From assembly GCA_043810775.1 (NCBI GenBank), contig JBDRNU010000025.1:1-64000 (forward strand): DNA of 64,000 nt. The letters run 5' to 3'. Every line of letters starts with the position of its first letter. Position 1 is the first letter of the stretch. The position numbers and the translations under genes were made by a program. Under the pieces are notes generated by a model. The model was given only the letters and a program-made list of their open reading frames with translations, did not search any database and was not told where the DNA came from. The DNA comes from an archaeon. Its GTDB lineage: Archaea; Nanobdellota; Nanobdellia; Pacearchaeales; GW2011-AR1. Below, piece by piece: positions 36,406 to 46,690 of this stretch.

Positions 36406-36660
36406 TTATTTAGCTTTTTCCCGCCTATAACCTATAATCTTATTTTTGTGATAAATTGGAACTTCGTTTTGCTTGTGCCTTGCTTTTCCAGAGAAACCCT
36501 GAGATGCAAAAACTGCTCCAAGAATTATTAAAATCAAGCCCACTATCATTGTATAAGCTGGAGGAAGATTTTTCAGAACAGGAATATTAGATGATGTAAA
36601 TCCTAGGATTAGTATTACTACTCCTACTGCCGCAATAATATAATAGAGCAACTTATTCAT
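36406..36660 (-). CDS. Small two-TM membrane protein
   Basis: Two hydrophobic helices, C-terminal EVPIY..IIGYRR. Confidence 0.7.
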   Translation of the reverse strand: MNKLLYYIIAAVGVVILILGFTSSNIPVLKNLPPAYTMIVGLILIILGAVFASQGFSGKARHKQNEVPIYHKNKIIGYRREKAK

Positions 36661-36736
36661 TTTCTACCTCTTTGATGATTATATTAGTTTCCTATTATTT
36701 ATAAATGTTTTTAAATGGCTTTAACTTTTAGATAAA

Positions 36737-37486
36737 ATGAGTTATGATACAATAGGAAAAATAGCTATTTTGAAGTTAGAAGGCACTTTATCTCAAAGAA
36801 AAAAACTAGCTAGTGGAATACTAAAAGAGAGAAAAAATATTAAGACAGTAGTTGAAAAGAGCGAGAAAGTTCAAGGAAGATTAAGAGTTCCAAAATTTAG
36901 GCATCTGGCAGGGGATAAAACTTTAGAGACTATACATATTGAATCTGGCTGCAGGTTTAAGCTGAATATAGGGAGCTGTTATTTTTCTCCGAGATTAAGC
37001 TTTCAGAGACTGGAGATAGCTAAGCAATGCAAAAAATCAGATAAGGTTCTAGTGTTATTTGCAGGAGTGGCTCCTTATTCAATTATTATAGCTAAGAAAG
37101 CTGGTTCGAGAGTGACAAGTGTAGAGCTAGGAAGAGAGTGCAGTAAATATGCAAGAGAAAATGTAAGGCTGAATAAATTGAGCAATGTTGAAGTTATCCA
37201 GAAGGATGTTAAGAAATTAAAGCTAAGCGAGAAATTTGACAGGATAGTAATGCCAAGACCTCAGCTAAAAGAATCTTTCTTGCGATATATCTGGCCTATG
37301 ACTAAGAAAGGAACTTTAGTTTATTTTTACGATTTTTCTAAGCAAGACAAGCTTGGAAAATTGCTTGAGAGAATTTATAAAGAAAGCACTCACTCTAGGA
37401 TAAAAATAAAAATATTAAAAATAAAGAAAGCTAGTGAGATTGCACCTTACAAGTATATGTACAGGGTTGAGTTTAGAGTTTTGTAG
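36737..37486 (+). CDS. Trm5/Taw2-family tRNA methyltransferase
   Basis: SYD.IG.IAI, G.LR...LAG..TIHIESG, YFSPRL..QR, LFAGVAPY, FDRIVMPRP. Confidence 0.88.
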   Translation: MSYDTIGKIAILKLEGTLSQRKKLASGILKERKNIKTVVEKSEKVQGRLRVPKFRHLAGDKTLETIHIESGCRFKLNIGSCYFSPRLSFQRLEIAKQCKKSDKVLVLFAGVAPYSIIIAKKAGSRVTSVELGRECSKYARENVRLNKLSNVEVIQKDVKKLKLSEKFDRIVMPRPQLKESFLRYIWPMTKKGTLVYFYDFSKQDKLGKLLERIYKESTHSRIKIKILKIKKASEIAPYKYMYRVEFRVL

Positions 37487-37982
37487 GGCTTAAATAAATC
37501 CACCATTTTTCTAAGTCAACTTTTACCCCTAAATCTACTTCATCTTCTGATATTTTTAGTGTGGCCATAATACCTAGTTGATGCTTGTCACTCATCCTAA
37601 ATCTTCTTACTCCTATATCTCTTACATATTCTATAAATTCCTTCATCAACTGCTCTGCATGTTTATTACCTCTTTTTTCTTCTATAATATTAAATGAGAA
37701 AACATGCCCATCAGTGCCTTCTTTGTTTTTATATTCCTGAAATGCTATGTCCCCCATAATCTCACCATCTGAATAAAATAAAACTGAGTCATAGCCATTT
37801 TTCAAGAAAGCTTCTAAATTTTGACTTTCACTTTTCTCAAGCTCTTATCTTAAACTTAAGGTTTTTCTTCCAAATTCAGACTTAGGATTTGCGTTCAGAA
37901 TCTGTTTAATTATGTACTCTCTTAATAAATTATCAATTCCATATAACCCATCGCCGAAAAATAGAGCAGATTGAATTTCCAT
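37473..37982 (-). pseudogene. GNAT-like gene interrupted by in-frame TAA (37845-37847); paralog of 39147-39803
   Basis: ORFs 37845-38036 and 37473-37805 share a frame; read-through gives ..NANPKSEFGRKTLSLR*ELEKSESQNLEAFLKNGYDSVLFYSDGEIMG.., matching ..QAEPDSNFVKK...KYNALLIYSDGEIIG.. of the paralog. Confidence 0.72.
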
Positions 37983-38050
37983 TAAGCTATTAAAAAGGCC
38001 TCTTTTAAAAAGATTACTGTTAATGATGTCAACCAAAATAGTTATAAATC

Positions 38051-39172
38051 ATGATTAATTTAGTGAGTGAGATGATAAGCAAAAAAGTAATGAAAATGGA
38101 CGTAAGCGGAGTGAGGAGAATGTTTGAGCTAGCTTCCAAGCTGAAAAATCCTATTGATTTGACCATAGGCCTGCCTGATTTTGATGTGCCTAGTGAGGTT
38201 AAGGAAGAGGCAATTAAAGCGATAAGGGAAGGCAAGAATAGGTATACAAAAACTGCTGGAATTGACGAGCTAAAAGAAAAAATAATCAAGAAATATGAAA
38301 AAGAAAAAATTGACGTAAAAAATGAGCAGATTATAATTACTTCTGCTGGTTCAGGAGCTTTATCAATAATTCTAACAACAATCATTGAGAAGGATGATGA
38401 GGTTTTAATTTTTGATCCGTATTTTGTTTCTTATAAACAGCTAGTAATTCAAAATGAGGGAAAGCCTGTTTTTGTTAATTGCAATGAGGATTTTTCTCCG
38501 GACCTTGAAGATTTAGAGAAAAAAATAACTCCTAAGACAAAGGCAATTATAATTAATTCCCCGAATAATCCAACTGGCAAGGTATATTCTGAAAATGAAA
38601 TGAGAAAAATTGCCCAGATTGCTGACAAAAATAAGTTATTAGTCATTTCAGATGAGGTTTATGATGAATTTTGCTATGATTTTCCGTATTTTAGGATAAG
38701 CAAGATATACAAAAATACAGCAACTATAAATGCTTTTTCAAAGTCTCATGCAATGACTGGCTGGCGAGTTGGATATCTAATAGCTAGGAAAGATATTGTA
38801 GAGCAGGCAATAAAAGTCCAGCAATATAATTTTGTATGCGCGCCTACACCATTTCAGCATGCAGCACTAAAAGCCATGGATATTAGCATAAAAAATAAGA
38901 TTAAAGAATATAAGAAAAAGCGAGATATAATTTATGAAGGGCTGAAAAACAATTATAAATTTGAAAAGCCAGAGGGGGCATTTTATGCTTTTATTGAGTA
39001 TCCTTATGACTCTGAAAAGTTTATGAAGAGATGCCTAGATAATGAGCTATTGGTAGTTCCAGGAAATGTTTTTTCAGAGAGAAATACTCATTTTAGGATT
39101 TCATTTGCAACTAGCGACGAGACTTTAAAGAAGGCAGTTGAAGTTCTTAATTTGATTTCTGAGGAAAATTAA
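38051..39172 (+). CDS. PLP-dependent aminotransferase class I/II
   Basis: IGLPDF, NSPNNPTG, ISDEVY, FSKSHAMTGWRVG, GAFY, FRISF. Confidence 0.95.
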   Translation: MINLVSEMISKKVMKMDVSGVRRMFELASKLKNPIDLTIGLPDFDVPSEVKEEAIKAIREGKNRYTKTAGIDELKEKIIKKYEKEKIDVKNEQIIITSAGSGALSIILTTIIEKDDEVLIFDPYFVSYKQLVIQNEGKPVFVNCNEDFSPDLEDLEKKITPKTKAIIINSPNNPTGKVYSENEMRKIAQIADKNKLLVISDEVYDEFCYDFPYFRISKIYKNTATINAFSKSHAMTGWRVGYLIARKDIVEQAIKVQQYNFVCAPTPFQHAALKAMDISIKNKIKEYKKKRDIIYEGLKNNYKFEKPEGAFYAFIEYPYDSEKFMKRCLDNELLVVPGNVFSERNTHFRISFATSDETLKKAVEVLNLISEEN

Positions 39173-39803
39173 CCTCTCCATTTATTAGAGTAACTAAATT
39201 AGTGTTAGAGGTAATATGGCCTTTAGGGCATACTGGTGATGGTAAAACTCCATCAATGTAGATTACATCTCTGAAGCAGGAGGGGCAGAGTTGTCTTATT
39301 TTTTCATCAGATTTTTGGAGCAGATAAGCCCACCAGTTTTCCATATCAACTACTGTTCCGAATGTTTTATTCCACCTTCGCAATCCTTTCATTGCAGTTA
39401 TTCCTGATTTATGCTTTCGGCTAAATCTTAATCTGTCTGCTTTTTGCAATCTGCCATGCTCTACTATTCCTTTTAAAAGAGCTTTTAGATTTGACACACT
39501 TCTATGTCCTTCTACTAGATAGCCTTGGATTATTCCTAGATGGGATAAATTATCTTGAAAGTGATGCTGATATCCAGCATGCCCTATAATTTCACCGTCA
39601 GAATAAATTAATAGAGCATTATACTTTTTTGCTTTAAACTCTTTAAGATGGTCTGAATTTCCTTCTTTGATTGCATTAATTAGTTCAGCATTTTTCTTAA
39701 CAAAGTTAGAGTCTGGTTCTGCTTGTTTTAATAAGTCTAGGGCATAGCTTAGTGCTTGGGGGCTTGTTGGGTGTTCATTAAAGAATGATTCATAAGTGAT
39801 CAT
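39147..39803 (-). CDS. GNAT-like fold protein with C-terminal Zn-ribbon
   Basis: DGEIIGHAGYQ..YLVEGHR; C-terminal CPSC...CPKGH. Confidence 0.55.
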   Translation of the reverse strand: MITYESFFNEHPTSPQALSYALDLLKQAEPDSNFVKKNAELINAIKEGNSDHLKEFKAKKYNALLIYSDGEIIGHAGYQHHFQDNLSHLGIIQGYLVEGHRSVSNLKALLKGIVEHGRLQKADRLRFSRKHKSGITAMKGLRRWNKTFGTVVDMENWWAYLLQKSDEKIRQLCPSCFRDVIYIDGVLPSPVCPKGHITSNTNLVTLINGEVNFPQKSN

Positions 39804-39847
39804 ATTTAACTTTTGTATTAAGGGTTTATAAGAATTTCTAGCTTTAA

Positions 39848-41161
39848 TTATAATCTTCGTTCAACCCGGATTGCAGTTGGAGCTTCTCCACCATGCCAAG
39901 TTAATCTTGGATGAACACGCATAGGATAGATTCTTTCTGAATTATCATCTAGAATAATAGCAGAACCTTTTAAATTTGGAAGGTCATCAAGATATTTTTT
40001 AATGTTATCAATAAGATATGACTGCATCATATCATTTAGGGCTTTTATATCAGGCATTGCTGTTACTCTGTGAGAGATTACAATATCTGATTGCGTAATT
40101 GCATCGCGATGAAGAGCACCTGGTTGCTGTGTTGCCATTACCATTGAGATTCCTGGCTGACGCCCTTCTCGCAACAGCTGGATTAGAGCGTCGGTAGCAG
40201 GGGTTTTTCCTGTTTCTGGAATAAATTCGTGAACTTCATCAATGAATATCCAGACTAGTGGAGTTTCACGTTTTTGTTTTATAGCCAGATAATCGATTCC
40301 GTGATGAAGGGCTTCAAGCTCTTCTTTTTTTCTGGCAAGCATTCTTTCGTTGAATAGCTTTCTGCAAATCAAACTTATAACTAGTGCACGGACATTAAAA
40401 GCGCCGACTGAATTATATACTGATAGGTCTAGAATAGTGGTAGTTCCTGCTGATAGCAACTCAGTAATTTCAGTGCCTTTTTCTTTTTTTTCAGAAAAAA
40501 CTTTCCAAGTGAGAGCGGCTTCAAACAAACCAGCAGCGGCATTTTTTTCTGATTTATCTGAGTGAGAGTCTGATTGGATTAGGGAAATAATATCTTCAAT
40601 ATCAAAATCTTGAGAAGATTCCTTTAGCTCGTTTATTTTTCTTTCAATTAAAATTGAGATAGGATTAGTCATTTCTAAATTAAATGTAATAATCCAGTCT
40701 TCTGGATTCATCTCGCTTGGTTTGATTGAGAATTTTTTATCCACTGGAATCCCGCGTGATTCATATTCTGAGAAGTGACCCTGGGGAGCAAAAACTGTTA
40801 TAGGGAGCTCTTTTGGCTTTAGCTGCCATTCACTAAGAAGCTCTTTTTCTTTTTCATTTTTATATTTCATTGTCCAGAAGATTCCCATTGTATCAAAAAT
40901 CAAGGGAGCAATGTTTTGAGCTACTTCTTTAGGCAGAGAAGATATTTCTTCTGCTATTGTTCCCAGAGTGTAAGACTTTCCAGAACCTCTCTTGCCAGCT
41001 ACTAGAATTACATGCGATCGGGCGACATCAAGATGAATAGGATTAGATAAAGAGGTATACTGCCCCATTTTTACATATCCTTTTCCAAGATAGATTAGCC
41101 CTTTGTTTCCAAACCTCTTTTTATCTGCATCATCTCTTCCCACTATTATATCATATGGCAT
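39848..41161 (-). CDS. HerA/FtsK-superfamily ATPase (DUF87)
   Basis: AGKRGSGKSY, IFD..G, FIDEVHEF, LREGRQPGISMVMATQQP. Confidence 0.88.
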   Translation of the reverse strand: MPYDIIVGRDDADKKRFGNKGLIYLGKGYVKMGQYTSLSNPIHLDVARSHVILVAGKRGSGKSYTLGTIAEEISSLPKEVAQNIAPLIFDTMGIFWTMKYKNEKEKELLSEWQLKPKELPITVFAPQGHFSEYESRGIPVDKKFSIKPSEMNPEDWIITFNLEMTNPISILIERKINELKESSQDFDIEDIISLIQSDSHSDKSEKNAAAGLFEAALTWKVFSEKKEKGTEITELLSAGTTTILDLSVYNSVGAFNVRALVISLICRKLFNERMLARKKEELEALHHGIDYLAIKQKRETPLVWIFIDEVHEFIPETGKTPATDALIQLLREGRQPGISMVMATQQPGALHRDAITQSDIVISHRVTAMPDIKALNDMMQSYLIDNIKKYLDDLPNLKGSAIILDDNSERIYPMRVHPRLTWHGGEAPTAIRVERRL

Positions 41162-41260
41162 TTTCTCTTTAATAATATATTTTCTAAGTTTAATAAGGTT
41201 TTGTGTATTCAGGGTTACCGTAAGGTTTTTAAATAAAGTTTTCTTGCAATCTTAAATCAA

Positions 41261-42361
41261 ATGGAAGACAATAATGATATTCTTGGTGAGGAAGTAAAAG
41301 AAATAAGACCTGCAGAGAAAAAGGCTGAGGTTCATGCAGAAAAGGAATCTGAATTTATAAAGAAGATGAAGCAAAATCCCTGGATGGTTTCTACTTTTGT
41401 ATTTGCAATTGCATCTTTAATACTACTTGCATTATATTTTTATTCACCTAATGGGCTGACTGGAAATGTTATATCTGACCAGAGTGCAGTTCAGGATACT
41501 ATTGAATTAGTAAGCAGAGTGTATGGTGTTGATTTAGAGTATACTTCTGTAGTTGAGGAAGATGATATTTATAATATGGCTTTTACCTTAGATGGGAGCC
41601 CTGTTGAGTTAAGTGTCACTAAAGACTTTGAGTTTTTAAAATTACCAAGTGGTGGATGGATAAGAACTGCTGATTATGATAATGTTGATAATACAGCTGA
41701 AAATCCTTCTGCTCAGAATACTCAGACTTCTGTTCCTAAATCTGACAAGCCAGTTGTTGAGATGTTTATAATGAGCCATTGCCCTTATGGAACCCAGGCT
41801 GAAAAAGGAATTATTCCTGTTGCTGAATTATTAGGAAATAAAATTGATTTTACAGTTAGGTATGTTTATTATGCTATGCATCCTTCTCAAGGTGAAGTGG
41901 AAGAACAGCTAAACCAGTATTGTATAAGGGAAGAGCAGAATGCCAAGTTTATTAGTTATTTGAAATGTTTCTTAGATAAGGGAGATGGAGCAAGCTGTTT
42001 AACTACAACTGGAATTGACAAGACAAAGATGAATGCGTGCGTGCAGAAAGCTGATGCTGAATTTGAGGTTAGCAAGAACTTGAATGATAAGTCATTGTGG
42101 CTGAGTGGAAGCTTTCCATTATTTAATGTTGATAAGGATCTAAATGATGAGTATGGCATTGGTGGAAGTCCTACACTAGTTATTAATGGTGTACAAGCAA
42201 GTCCTTCAAGCAGGGCTCCTTCAAGTTATTTAGCCAGTATTTGCAATGCTTTTAATACAGCTCCTGAAGAGTGCAGTGAAGTTGTTTCAAGCGAGGCTCC
42301 TAGTCCTGGATTTGGATGGAGTGGTACAAGTGCAAGTGGAAGCGATGCAACCTGCGGTTAA
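41261..42361 (+). CDS. Membrane-anchored thioredoxin/DsbA-like protein
   Basis: TM helix, TGNVI, MSHCPYG, YGIGGSPTLVING. Confidence 0.75.
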   Translation: MEDNNDILGEEVKEIRPAEKKAEVHAEKESEFIKKMKQNPWMVSTFVFAIASLILLALYFYSPNGLTGNVISDQSAVQDTIELVSRVYGVDLEYTSVVEEDDIYNMAFTLDGSPVELSVTKDFEFLKLPSGGWIRTADYDNVDNTAENPSAQNTQTSVPKSDKPVVEMFIMSHCPYGTQAEKGIIPVAELLGNKIDFTVRYVYYAMHPSQGEVEEQLNQYCIREEQNAKFISYLKCFLDKGDGASCLTTTGIDKTKMNACVQKADAEFEVSKNLNDKSLWLSGSFPLFNVDKDLNDEYGIGGSPTLVINGVQASPSSRAPSSYLASICNAFNTAPEECSEVVSSEAPSPGFGWSGTSASGSDATCG

Positions 42362-42485
42362 ATTTATTTTTAATTAATATGTTAGTTACAGAAAATTGTT
42401 CTAGTGTCAGTATTGAAGAATTATTAAAAATATAGTGTAGCGAACGCATGCACCAAATAAGTCATATTATAAATTATAGTTGATA

Positions 42486-43655
42486 TTAACTAGCATTTAT
42501 GTATTCAATTTCTTCATCAGTTAGCTTTAATTCCTTCTGAACCTGAGGACTTTGAAGTATAGGAAGAAGAATTTTAAATTCATACATTATTCTTTTTGTT
42601 CCGACATGGACATGGCGGGCATATTTCTGAGAAATTGATTTCTTTTTAGCATTTCTCTGGTTAATCATCCAGATTTTAAGTATTCTTGAGGGTTTTTGGT
42701 AGCGAGTAAATCCACTTTTAGCCTCTTTCTTAGCTGAAGCAACTCCTGCTGACATTAGTATATTCTGATAAACTAAAAATCTCCAGTGCTGCTGTCTTCT
42801 TATCCTTCCACGAAAGACATCAGCCAGGCTTAAAGCGTCATAAGCCCGGGCAAGCTCTTCATTTTGATATTCGTTAGGGATATTTTCTTCAAGCCAGAGT
42901 AAAATCTCATCTAAATTTAGGTTAATTGAATCATAAATCACTAAAGTCTCCCTTGAAGTTGGCTCTTTAAATATTCTTTTAAGCACATTAAAAATATCTC
43001 CTTTTTTATCTCTTTCTGCAATTTCAGAGGGCTTAGTTACTAACTGCAGTGTTTGCAAGTCATTTAGAGCAGCGCGAACATCACCGCGCGCTTTTATAGC
43101 CACACTTTTAATCAGCTCTTCATTTACCTGAATTTTTTCTTTTTTAGCTATCTCTGTCAGGATATAAGTTATAATTTTATAATTTAGGTCTTTTAGTTCA
43201 ACTAGCTCGGCTTTTCTTCTTATTTCTGAAAATTTCCTATCCCATATATCATTTGCAGTAATGAGTATTGGATAAGCTGAATCCTTAATTATGCTTATTA
43301 GTTCCTGCAGTCCTCCACGGTCAGCTGTAACAATTCCATCAAGTTCATCTACTAGTATCAGCTTTTTTTTCCCAGATAGGGTGGACTGAAGAGTAGCTGG
43401 TGAGAGTATTGATGCAAGTTTATCTTTATTTCGTAGGTCTGAAGCATTTAGCTCAAAAATTTCAGAATTAGTTTCATTAGCCAGTGCATAAACCAGGGAG
43501 GTCTTGCCTGTTCCAGGAGGCCCGTAGAGGATAATTGCTTTTTTATTTTTAGGAAAGCTTCTTATAAATGACTTAACTAGGTCAACTGCCAGGTCCTGAC
43601 CTTTTAGGTCCAGGAAGCAGTCCGCACGATATTTTTCACAGAGTGTTTTAGTCAT
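42486..43655 (-). CDS. rfcL: Replication factor C large subunit
   Basis: [44 protein letters not shown]. Confidence 0.93.
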   Translation of the reverse strand: MTKTLCEKYRADCFLDLKGQDLAVDLVKSFIRSFPKNKKAIILYGPPGTGKTSLVYALANETNSEIFELNASDLRNKDKLASILSPATLQSTLSGKKKLILVDELDGIVTADRGGLQELISIIKDSAYPILITANDIWDRKFSEIRRKAELVELKDLNYKIITYILTEIAKKEKIQVNEELIKSVAIKARGDVRAALNDLQTLQLVTKPSEIAERDKKGDIFNVLKRIFKEPTSRETLVIYDSINLNLDEILLWLEENIPNEYQNEELARAYDALSLADVFRGRIRRQQHWRFLVYQNILMSAGVASAKKEAKSGFTRYQKPSRILKIWMINQRNAKKKSISQKYARHVHVGTKRIMYEFKILLPILQSPQVQKELKLTDEEIEYINAS

Positions 43656-44008
43656 TTTATTCTTTTCATACCTTCAAAATTTATTTTATCTCCTGTTAGA
43701 ACTTCAATTACTTTGTATTTTCCTTTTGTCCATATATCTTTGTGCTCAATAAAATGGGTTACTTCTATTATTTTTATACTTGCTATTGGTCTTGAGAACT
43801 TCCCATCACCTTTTGTTTTGTAAAGGGGGAGTTCTCCTTTTGCCCATTCTTCATCTTCACTTAACCAGAATAGTCTCTGACCTTTTTTTAGGAAGGGATA
43901 TACTTGACCTGGTTCTAGCTTTTCAGGAAGGCATTGTTCTGGTTTTTTTCCTGGAGTTCCAAATTCTCTTAAAGCCAGGTCTGGATTAAATTCAACTTGG
44001 ATTCCCAT
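43652..44008 (-). CDS. Hypothetical protein
   Basis: MGIQVEFNPDLALR...FLKKGQR..W; coupled to rfcL. Confidence 0.65.
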   Translation of the reverse strand: MGIQVEFNPDLALREFGTPGKKPEQCLPEKLEPGQVYPFLKKGQRLFWLSEDEEWAKGELPLYKTKGDGKFSRPIASIKIIEVTHFIEHKDIWTKGKYKVIEVLTGDKINFEGMKRIK

Positions 44009-44351
44009 TTTGAACTTGGAGTGAGTGCAAGATTCCAAAATGAACTTTTAGAGCTTGCTCAAATGTATAGGATGTTTTTTCTTCTACGAGTTTTATAGCA
44101 GTATCATGCTGGTAGGCAATATCTGGATTATGCTTGCTGTCGTCCCAGAGGCGAGTAATATAGTCATGCTCGTTTGGGCGGTCAATTCTTTGTGTAATTA
44201 TCTTAATTGGGCCAGCTCTGCCTTCAAGCTTGAATCCATCTTTATCCCTGCCCTGATATTTTTTTAGGTCAACTTGAACACTTGAAAAATCAATTCCCTC
44301 AAATATACTTGTATGCAATTCTAATCTAAGAGCTAGTTCTTGCGCTTTCAT
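43992..44351 (-). CDS. Hypothetical protein
   Basis: ATGA-coupled to rfcS stop. Confidence 0.6.
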   Translation of the reverse strand: MKAQELALRLELHTSIFEGIDFSSVQVDLKKYQGRDKDGFKLEGRAGPIKIITQRIDRPNEHDYITRLWDDSKHNPDIAYQHDTAIKLVEEKTSYTFEQALKVHFGILHSLQVQNGNPS

Positions 44352-45316
44352 TTTCCGTGACCAGCTAAGACAAAGCTAGCGAGAAGAGATTGGAGCTGGA
44401 TAAATTCATCGCTACCTTCAACCATCCTGAATTCAATATCCCCTACTTTTTCAGTAAGCTTTACTTTAATGTCTGGCTCAATTTGCAGATTCCAGATTTC
44501 TTTTTGAATGGCTTTAATTATATCCTGTCCTGAGATTGACTCTTTTAGCATTACATCAAGAAGTTTTTCTTTTGACTTTAGAAAGTCTCCTGACAGGGCG
44601 TATTCTAAAACTATTTTAATATCTGATGGCTTTGCTGAAGCTACCATTGTATTTACCAGGTCAGAATTTAAATTAGGAGAAATTGAGGCTGTGGCCTGAA
44701 GTAAATTAATCAGCTTTCTGCAGTCTCCTTCACTTGCTTCATATAGGGATTCTAGAGCTACTGGGTCAACTGTCAGGCTTTCTTTGTCTGCTATTTCTCT
44801 CACTCTTCTGTCTAAATCTTTTTTTTGAAGAAGCCTGAACCTGAAGACTGCGCACCTGCTTTGAATTGGGTCAATGATTTTGCTTGAATAGTTGCATGAC
44901 AGTATAAACCTGCAGGTTGAAGTGAAATTTTCCATTGTTCTTCTTAGGGCCTGCTGGGCTTCTCTTGTAAGGGCATCTGCTTCATCTAGAAATATTACTT
45001 TAAATGGCACGTTGCCCAATGATTTAGTTCTGGCGAAGTTTTTTACTTTTTCCCTGACAACATCAATTCCCCTCTCATCTGAAGCATTAAGCTCAAGATA
45101 GCTCTCTTTCCAGGCAGCTCCGAAAAGCTCTTTTACTATAATTAAAGCAAGAGAGGATTTTCCTGTACCAGCTGGACCTGCAAATAGCAAGTGAGGTATA
45201 TTGAGGCTATTTGTCAGGTTTTGAACTCGCTTTACTATTTCATCTTGCCCAAGAAGCTCGTCAAAATTCTGCGGACGATATTTTTCAGTCCAGATTTCAC
45301 CTACCTTTGATGCCAT
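44348..45316 (-). CDS. rfcS: Replication factor C small subunit
   Basis: WTEKYRP, GPAGTGKS, ELNASDERGIDVVR, LDEAD, AQQALRRTME, IQSRC. Confidence 0.96.
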   Translation of the reverse strand: MASKVGEIWTEKYRPQNFDELLGQDEIVKRVQNLTNSLNIPHLLFAGPAGTGKSSLALIIVKELFGAAWKESYLELNASDERGIDVVREKVKNFARTKSLGNVPFKVIFLDEADALTREAQQALRRTMENFTSTCRFILSCNYSSKIIDPIQSRCAVFRFRLLQKKDLDRRVREIADKESLTVDPVALESLYEASEGDCRKLINLLQATASISPNLNSDLVNTMVASAKPSDIKIVLEYALSGDFLKSKEKLLDVMLKESISGQDIIKAIQKEIWNLQIEPDIKVKLTEKVGDIEFRMVEGSDEFIQLQSLLASFVLAGHGK

Positions 45317-45371
45317 ATTTGTGATTATTGAATAGGATTTATAAGTATATTTGTTGTGAAGAATATAGAAA

Positions 45372-45647
45372 TTATACTGGCGCCTTTTCTTTATAATAAC
45401 GAATAGGTATATTTCTTGCTTTTCTTGGATTTAAATTTTTTTCTTCAACCAGTGCTTTTTCTAGAGTTGATTGCTCTTCTTGGGTTAAGGTAGTTATGTT
45501 TGGCACACTATCACGCTTTACACCCCCAATATACTTATATTTTTCCAGTGCCGCAATAATATCTTTATTAAATATATATAATACCTGCTCATGATGTGTT
45601 CCAGCACCCATATGGGTGGCTTTACAAATAAATTTATACCAGGGCAT
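45372..45647 (-). CDS. Hypothetical protein
   Basis: 91-aa ORF with TATA-like box upstream. Confidence 0.55.
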   Translation of the reverse strand: MPWYKFICKATHMGAGTHHEQVLYIFNKDIIAALEKYKYIGGVKRDSVPNITTLTQEEQSTLEKALVEEKNLNPRKARNIPIRYYKEKAPV

Positions 45648-45719
45648 AATAAATCATACTTTTATTTTTATTTAAATCTTCCTTTATAACTAATTGAAAA
45701 GATATTTAAATCCTCTAAA

Positions 45720-46307
45720 GTGAAGATTGGTATGATAATTGGAGTAGATACTGATGATGTTACAGCTGATTTTACTCCAGCTGTGCTTGATTTTTATAAT
45801 AAGAGAAATGGAACTAGCTGGAAAGTAGAGGATATGTTTAGTTATTCTTTTTGGGAGGTTTGGGGGTGCGCTCAGCAGGAAGCAATTGATGAGTGCAGGG
45901 ATTTTTTCTTGTCTAGAGAGTTTGATAGTGTTATGCCTGTTGAAGGTTCTGTTGAGGCTGTAACTATTTTAGGCCAAGGAAATCGCTTGCCGGTTATTAC
46001 TTCGAGGCCTGTTTATATTAGAGAAAGAACTGAGCATTTTTATTATAAGAAATTTCCACCTGTATTTAATGGGATTTATTTTTCTGATAATAGTTATACT
46101 GGTGCAAAAGCTAATGGAAGCAAGGCAGAATTATGCAGGGAATTAAAAGTTGATAAGATGATTGAAGATTCTGCTGAATATGCTTTGGAGCTTGCAAATA
46201 ATGGCATAGAAGTTTTGCTACTAGATACTCCTTGGAATCAGGGAGCAAGTGGGGAGAGAATTCATAGATTTTCGTCATGGGAAGAAATAACTAAATACCT
46301 AACTTAG
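45720..46307 (+). CDS. HAD-family 5'(3')-deoxyribonucleotidase-like protein
   Basis: GVDTDDV, ITSRP, K..C, MIEDS, PWN, F.SWEEI. Confidence 0.85.
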   Translation: MKIGMIIGVDTDDVTADFTPAVLDFYNKRNGTSWKVEDMFSYSFWEVWGCAQQEAIDECRDFFLSREFDSVMPVEGSVEAVTILGQGNRLPVITSRPVYIRERTEHFYYKKFPPVFNGIYFSDNSYTGAKANGSKAELCRELKVDKMIEDSAEYALELANNGIEVLLLDTPWNQGASGERIHRFSSWEEITKYLT

Positions 46308-46311
46308 AATT

Positions 46312-46632
46312 TTATATTTGAGTTTCTTTGAGGGCTTGATTAATTTCATTAATAATTCCACCTTGTTTTCCAGATGTTATCTTCTTTATTGCTACTCTTA
46401 GTGATGAATCTGCCTGAAGGGCAGCTTTTTCTTGCTCTATAATTTCTTCTAATCCTATATTTAAAATTTCCTCTCCAGTAAGGACAAGGCTTTTAAGATA
46501 AGACTCAATTAGTAATAATTGCTTATAAGCTTTAGATTGCATAAGCTCTTCTTTTGGCAATCCTTTAATTTCTGCCCGCAGGTGAAAATAATCTTCTAAT
46601 AAACATGCAACTTGTTCTGGCTTGTAATCCAT
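46312..46632 (-). CDS. Hypothetical protein
   Basis: 106-aa ORF, helical character. Confidence 0.5.
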   Translation of the reverse strand: MDYKPEQVACLLEDYFHLRAEIKGLPKEELMQSKAYKQLLLIESYLKSLVLTGEEILNIGLEEIIEQEKAALQADSSLRVAIKKITSGKQGGIINEINQALKETQI

Positions 46633-46690
46633 TAGTTTTTAGACTAATTTGAGTTTTTATATATTATTGTTTTAAGAAATATATTTATTT

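Noticed and set aside
39848-41161. HerA-based defence system or HerA-NurA repair operon
   Set aside because: No NurA, SIR2, nuclease, Mre11 or Rad50 partner is adjacent.
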